Positions 54,652-59,045 of a stretch of DNA of 59,045 nt are shown piece after piece. Under the pieces are notes generated by a model. That model saw nothing but the letters and a program-made list of their open reading frames with translations. It was not told where the DNA came from and ran no database searches. The position numbers and the translations under genes are program-made. The stretch lies in the IMG/VR virus record IMGVR_UViG_3300025151_000040, positions 1 through 59,045 of that record; one strand, 5' to 3'. The stretch is from a virus. Lineage: Duplodnaviria > Caudoviricetes. Position 1 is the stretch's first letter. Every line of letters starts with the position of its first letter.

Positions 54652-54931
54652 TTCAGATATTTTCGCTAAGAGCACTACTACAACAGGAAGCGATGTTACT
54701 TTATTCGCTGGACCAGCAAGAATAAAAGGTTTTATTGTAACTCCTACAGGAACTGCTGGTACTGTTACTTTTAAAGACGGAAGTTCAACACTATTTGCGT
54801 TAAGCACAGCTGCGTCTGCAGCTTCTGGTCCAGTTCAGATTTCTTTACCATCTGAAGGGATTAAGTGTTCAACTAACGTTGCAGTAAATTTAACTGCAGG
54901 TGTATCAGCGATAACAGTATTTATGGCGTAA
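54644..54931 (+). CDS. small virion protein
   Basis: GPARIKG..G.V.F.DG..P..GI..TVF; AGGAGG RBS. Confidence 0.65.
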   Translation: MSSSDIFAKSTTTTGSDVTLFAGPARIKGFIVTPTGTAGTVTFKDGSSTLFALSTAASAASGPVQISLPSEGIKCSTNVAVNLTAGVSAITVFMA

Positions 54932-55614
54932 TGGCTACATCAGGTACAGCTACTTTTAACTTAACGGTTACTGATGCGATTGAAGAAGCTTTAGATCGTA
55001 TTGGTGGAAATCCTATTTTAGGTTATGATATACGTTCAGCGAAACGTAGTCTTAACGTTATGTTTGCAGATTGGGCTAATCGAGGAGTTAATCAGTGGAC
55101 ATTAGAAAAGAAAACTTTATCTTTAACTGCGAATACATCTTCATATACTTTAGATAGAGATACTGTAGATATAGTCGATTTATATGTAACTAGAGATACT
55201 ACAGATTTCGCTGTTCAAAGAATTAGTTTAACTGACTATAACGCATATCCTAATAAAGCAACTACAGGAAGAGTAACTCAATACTATTTACAAAAAGATA
55301 AAACCCCTGTTTTATTTTTTTACCCAGCACCAGAAAATGCTACAGACACAGTTACATATTGGAGAATAAGAAAAATACAAGACGTTTCAGCTTTAAGTTC
55401 TAGTGGTAGTGAGCAAGATATTGATATTCCTTTTAGATTTTATGAATGTATGGTAGCAGGATTAGCATACTATATGGGAATGAAAAGAGCAGGAATAGAT
55501 TTAACTAAAATATCTTTTTTAAAAGCTGAATATGAAACTGCTTTTACTAGAGCAAAAGACGCAGATCTAAATGAAACATTTAGAATAGTTCCAGGTTATA
55601 GAAGTGGTTTTTAA
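54931..55614 (+). CDS. head-tail adaptor/neck protein
   Basis: MATSGT..F.L...IEEA..R..SA.RSLN....WANRG.N.W..P.P..P.RF....GLAYY. Confidence 0.7.
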   Translation: MATSGTATFNLTVTDAIEEALDRIGGNPILGYDIRSAKRSLNVMFADWANRGVNQWTLEKKTLSLTANTSSYTLDRDTVDIVDLYVTRDTTDFAVQRISLTDYNAYPNKATTGRVTQYYLQKDKTPVLFFYPAPENATDTVTYWRIRKIQDVSALSSSGSEQDIDIPFRFYECMVAGLAYYMGMKRAGIDLTKISFLKAEYETAFTRAKDADLNETFRIVPGYRSGF

Positions 55615-55981
55615 CAATAGACGTAGACCAGTAAAAGCACCTTCTTTTCCTTTTGCAAGGGGAACGTATGCTAGAGCTATTTCAGATCGTTCAGGTTTAG
55701 AATATCCATATAGAGAAATGGTTCGTGAATGGAATGGATTATTAGTTCATATAAGCGAGTATGAACCTAAACATCCTCAATTAGATCCTATTGTATTTAA
55801 TGATCCAGAAGCGTTAAAAAATGCTAGACCACAAGCACCTCTTTCAGCTACAGGAGGTGTACCAAATCAAATATCAGTAACTTTCCCTGGCACGTTTGGA
55901 GACACAGGTAAAAACGTAGCGGTAGCTACAGGGAATTCAATCGGATTGGAGTTAGGAAATGTCTCAGTCGTTATCAGCTGA
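55604..55981 (+). CDS. neck-module protein
   Basis: G..A.AISDRSG...PY..M..EW.G..V...E.EPKHPQL..DP..L...RP. Confidence 0.65.
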   Translation: MVFNNRRRPVKAPSFPFARGTYARAISDRSGLEYPYREMVREWNGLLVHISEYEPKHPQLDPIVFNDPEALKNARPQAPLSATGGVPNQISVTFPGTFGDTGKNVAVATGNSIGLELGNVSVVIS

Positions 55982-56744
55982 TAATGCATATCTTATGTTA
56001 TGCACACCTTGTTATGGTGGCGTAATGCACGAAGCTTATTTTCATAGCGTTGTAAAATTATTACAAGAAGCTAAAAATAATAATTATAAAATTCACATTA
56101 ACACAATGGGAAATGAAAGTCTTATTACTAGAGGAAGAAACACTATGGTTTCTCAATTTATGGATAGCGAATACTGTACTCATTTACTATTTATAGATGC
56201 TGATATAGCGTTTAGACCTGAATTAGTTACTAAATTAATAAATTTTGATAAAGACGTAGTTACAGCTGTGTATCCTAGAAAATCTATTGAATGGCAAAAT
56301 CTTAATTACTATTTAAAAAAAGGAAATACAGATTCGATAGAACAGAAATTATTAGGATATAATTTGAATTTTGCAGATCCTTTAAATATAGAAGTAGATA
56401 ATGGTTTCGTAGAAGTATTAGATGCTGCAACTGGATTTATGTTAATTAAAAAAGATGTATTTGTAAAAATGAGAGAAAGTTATCCAGAGTTAAAATATAA
56501 ATCAGATCAGATTATTAATAATAAATCTTATTCAAGCGATTGGTGTTATTCCTTTTTTGATTGTATGATAGATCCAGATAGCAAACGATATTTAAGTGAA
56601 GATTACACATTTTGTCGAAGATGGCAAAAAATAGGCGGTAAAATATACTCAGAAATACAAAGCCCTTTAACTCATTTTGGCACATATGCATTTAAAGGAA
56701 ATGTATCGCATAAATTTGCAAAAAAAGATAATATAGACATATAA
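55959..56744 (+). CDS. GT-A fold (GT2-like) glycosyltransferase
   Basis: TPCYGG, ESLITRGRN, LLFIDADI (DxD), ATGFMLI, YLSEDY.FC..W. Confidence 0.8.
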   Translation: MSQSLSADNAYLMLCTPCYGGVMHEAYFHSVVKLLQEAKNNNYKIHINTMGNESLITRGRNTMVSQFMDSEYCTHLLFIDADIAFRPELVTKLINFDKDVVTAVYPRKSIEWQNLNYYLKKGNTDSIEQKLLGYNLNFADPLNIEVDNGFVEVLDAATGFMLIKKDVFVKMRESYPELKYKSDQIINNKSYSSDWCYSFFDCMIDPDSKRYLSEDYTFCRRWQKIGGKIYSEIQSPLTHFGTYAFKGNVSHKFAKKDNIDI

Positions 56745-57397
56745 TGGCAACGACATACTCAGATCTAAAAACGGACATTCAAACTTGGATGCAAAACACT
56801 GGTACTGATTTTACTAATCAATTAGACACTTTTATTAATAATACAGAACAACGATTACTAAGAGAAATTGATCCTGAAGCTTTTACATTTAATAAATTTA
56901 GTACTTTAACTAGTGGAAATAGGTTTATGAATAACCCAGATGATCTTTTAATTATAAAAAACCTTTTAATACAAAACGGAGATGATAGAATCTTTCTTGA
57001 GATGAAAACTGATGAATTTATATATGAATTTTGGCCTGACGCAAGTCAAACAGGAGTGCCTAAATTTTTTGCAAATTTTGATGACGATTCTACTTTAATA
57101 GCGCCGACACCGAATTCTAATTTTACAGTAGAAATGCAATACATAGCCCGTATACCAACTCTTTCAGGATCTAATACAACTAATTGGTTAACTGAATACG
57201 CTGACGATGCATTATTATACGGTTGTTTATCTGAAGCTTCTATATTTACAAAAAATATGGAAGATTATGCGTTATATGATAAAAGATATCAGGAAATTGT
57301 TCTAGGATTGAATAATCAATCTCGAAGAAGAAGAAGAACTGACTACGAATTTCCTGCTAGTCCGGCTGGTACGGATACCTTAACAGGAAGCCAATAA
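56744..57397 (+). CDS. neck/tail adaptor protein
   Basis: TY..L...I..FI...E.R..G.PK.F..APTP..Y..NWL....D.LLYG.L.EA. Confidence 0.7.
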   Translation: MATTYSDLKTDIQTWMQNTGTDFTNQLDTFINNTEQRLLREIDPEAFTFNKFSTLTSGNRFMNNPDDLLIIKNLLIQNGDDRIFLEMKTDEFIYEFWPDASQTGVPKFFANFDDDSTLIAPTPNSNFTVEMQYIARIPTLSGSNTTNWLTEYADDALLYGCLSEASIFTKNMEDYALYDKRYQEIVLGLNNQSRRRRRTDYEFPASPAGTDTLTGSQ

Positions 57398-57408
57398 GGA
57401 GGTAAGAC

Positions 57409-57828
57409 ATGGCAATAACACAAGCACTCTGCACTGTATTTAAAGAGGACTTAATGAACGCAGGAAGAAATCTAACTTCTGATACATTAAAGTTAGCTTT
57501 ATATACAAGTTCAGCATCACTAGGAGCAGCAACAACTGCTTATTCTACATCGAATGAAATATCTGGTTCAGGTTATTCAGCAGGTGGCGCAACACTATCT
57601 AGCGTAGCTGTTACTACTGACGGAACTACAGCAATCTTCGATGCAGCAAACGTAACGTTTACTAGTGCTACAATTACAGCAAGAGGAGCATTGATTTATA
57701 ATAGCTCAAATTCTAACTCAGCTATTTGCGTATTAGATTTTGGTAGTGATAAATCATCTTCAAATGGAACTTTTGAAATACAGTTTCCTGCTGCTAATGC
57801 TAGTAATGCTTTAATTAGAATCGCATAG
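57409..57828 (+). CDS. tail structural protein
   Basis: MAITQA.C..FK..KLALYT..TTAY..NE..G.GY.AGG..TARGALIYN..LDFG.DK. Confidence 0.75.
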   Translation: MAITQALCTVFKEDLMNAGRNLTSDTLKLALYTSSASLGAATTAYSTSNEISGSGYSAGGATLSSVAVTTDGTTAIFDAANVTFTSATITARGALIYNSSNSNSAICVLDFGSDKSSSNGTFEIQFPAANASNALIRIA

Positions 57829-57837
57829 GAGTTTTAA

Positions 57838-58218
57838 TTGGCATTTGTAGTAAACGATAGAGTAAAGGAAGAAACAACCACGACAGGAACTGGCACAGTA
57901 AACTTAGCCGGAGCCGTTGCAGGTTTTGAATCTTTTGTATCAGGAATAGGTAATAGTAATAATACCTATTACGCTATCGTAAGTGATTCAGCATTTGAGG
58001 TAGGTATAGGAACAGTTACTGATGCTAGTCCTGATACATTATCGAGAGATACGATAATTAGTAGTTCAAATTCTGATAGTGCTGTCAATTTCGGAGCAGG
58101 AACTAAAACTGTATTTTGCACTTTACCTGCTTCTAAAACAATATACATTGATAATAACGGCGATGCCGTAGGAGCAGCCTCTCCGGCTTTCGCTACTAAA
58201 ATGGCATTAATGCTATAA
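57838..58218 (+). CDS. tail structural protein
   Basis: DRVKE.T.TTGTG..FEVG.G..LSR.T..SS..F.AG.K.VF.T.PA. Confidence 0.75.
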   Translation: MAFVVNDRVKEETTTTGTGTVNLAGAVAGFESFVSGIGNSNNTYYAIVSDSAFEVGIGTVTDASPDTLSRDTIISSSNSDSAVNFGAGTKTVFCTLPASKTIYIDNNGDAVGAASPAFATKMALML

Positions 58219-58229
58219 ATGAGGAAATA

Positions 58230-58586
58230 ATGGCACAAGATTTTGAAAGAAAAATACCATATAATTCATCAGGAAATATTGCGATCGGTACGACAGCTAG
58301 AACAGTTTTAACATCTAACTCAGATGACACTATTATAGGAATTAGATTAACTAACATTACTAACGCTACAATAAAAGCGAATGTTTATATTACAAGTACA
58401 GCTAGTGGTGGATCTGCTGATTCATTTTTAGCTTATCAATATCCTATCGCAGCAGGAGGTGGAGTAGAGTTAATAGATGGTGGTTCTAGAATTGTATTAC
58501 AAAGTGGCGATGTTTTAAAAGTTCAAAGCGATACAGCTTCTAGCTTACATGGTTGGGTATCTTTAGTTGATTCAGCAAGCACGTAG
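58230..58586 (+). CDS. virion beta-sandwich protein
   Basis: IG..L.N..L.....I..GG..E......IVL..GD.L.V. Confidence 0.65.
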   Translation: MAQDFERKIPYNSSGNIAIGTTARTVLTSNSDDTIIGIRLTNITNATIKANVYITSTASGGSADSFLAYQYPIAAGGGVELIDGGSRIVLQSGDVLKVQSDTASSLHGWVSLVDSAST

Positions 58587-58594
58587 GAGATAGT

Positions 58595-59035
58595 ATGGGC
58601 TACTTAGGAAATCCAGTTACAAAAAATTTCACAACCACCACATCAGTTCAAACATTAACCGGTGATGGTTCTGTATCATACGCACTTTCTGCAGCGGCAG
58701 CCGTGCCGGAAGATATTGCGGTTTTGCGTAATGGCGTTCGTCAAAAACCAACGACAGACTATTCAGTCAACGGTGCGCAAATTACTTTTACTACAGCTTT
58801 AGCATCAAGTGATACTTGTTTTGTTATTTTCTTAAACGGAATTTTATTAGATCAAAACACACCAGGTGCAAACAGTATTCAACCAAGCATGATGACATCA
58901 TTTAATGGCGTCTTTGAAAATTTACAAACTATAACCGCTACGACTACAGTAGCGTCAACCGATAACGCATTCTTAGCGGGACCTGTGACATTTACAGGAA
59001 CAATTACAGTGGAGGGTAATCTTACAGTCGTATGA
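58595..59035 (+). CDS. tail/virion protein
   Basis: GYLGN..GDGS...L..NGV.Q.P..DY...G..ITF. Confidence 0.7.
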   Translation: MGYLGNPVTKNFTTTTSVQTLTGDGSVSYALSAAAAVPEDIAVLRNGVRQKPTTDYSVNGAQITFTTALASSDTCFVIFLNGILLDQNTPGANSIQPSMMTSFNGVFENLQTITATTTVASTDNAFLAGPVTFTGTITVEGNLTVV

Positions 59036-59045
59036 GTACACTTGA

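Noticed and set aside
698-58238. Short alternative-frame and antisense ORFs from the track (e.g. 698, 1453, 2225, 4427, 5375, 6483, 9004, 11040, 12245, 14681, 17505, 22045, 23657, 23917, 23924, 25491, 35161, 36563, 37771, 39524, 42695, 43673, 43689, 45246, 50489, 51346, 51573, 57969)
   Set aside because: They overlap better-supported genes or hairpins and lack an RBS and motifs; treated as shadow ORFs
1-59045. Prophage/integration module, or introns/inteins in PolA, terL or the helicases
   Set aside because: No integrase or host genes recognised; the core enzymes are uninterrupted and of normal length

Overview
This window is a near-complete, AT-rich, short-tailed (podovirus-like) dsDNA phage genome. 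It is probably marine, and a SAR11-like alphaproteobacterial host is inferred but not shown. It is opened inside the tail-fibre region. Gene order: tail/receptor-binding cassettes, nozzle, GNAT and ejection proteins (1-14.4 kb); lysis and exported proteins (14.4-18.8 kb); replication genes (SNF2 helicase, SSB, AEP primase, DEDDh exonuclease, UvrD, PolA) with an embedded nucleotide/DNA-modification cluster (18.7-34.2 kb); many small early genes with their own sigma70-like promoters (34.3-43.7 kb); then terminase, small basic proteins, portal, GroES, scaffold, capsid and neck/tail genes (41.9-59 kb). No integrase, RNA polymerase, RNR, tRNA or CRISPR was seen. Two candidate undescribed systems stand out. 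(1) A base-hypermodification pathway combining a UDP-xylose synthase, a T4 BGT-like glycosyltransferase, a thymidylate-synthase homologue with the dCMP-specifying Asp, a dNMP kinase, an NTP-pyrophosphatase, a dCMP deaminase and a degenerate C5-methyltransferase, which could make xylosylated cytosine. (2) Two small non-coding RNAs whose seeds are complementary to the RBS/start-codon regions of the phage's own early genes. All functional calls come from motif recognition by eye; no database search was run.
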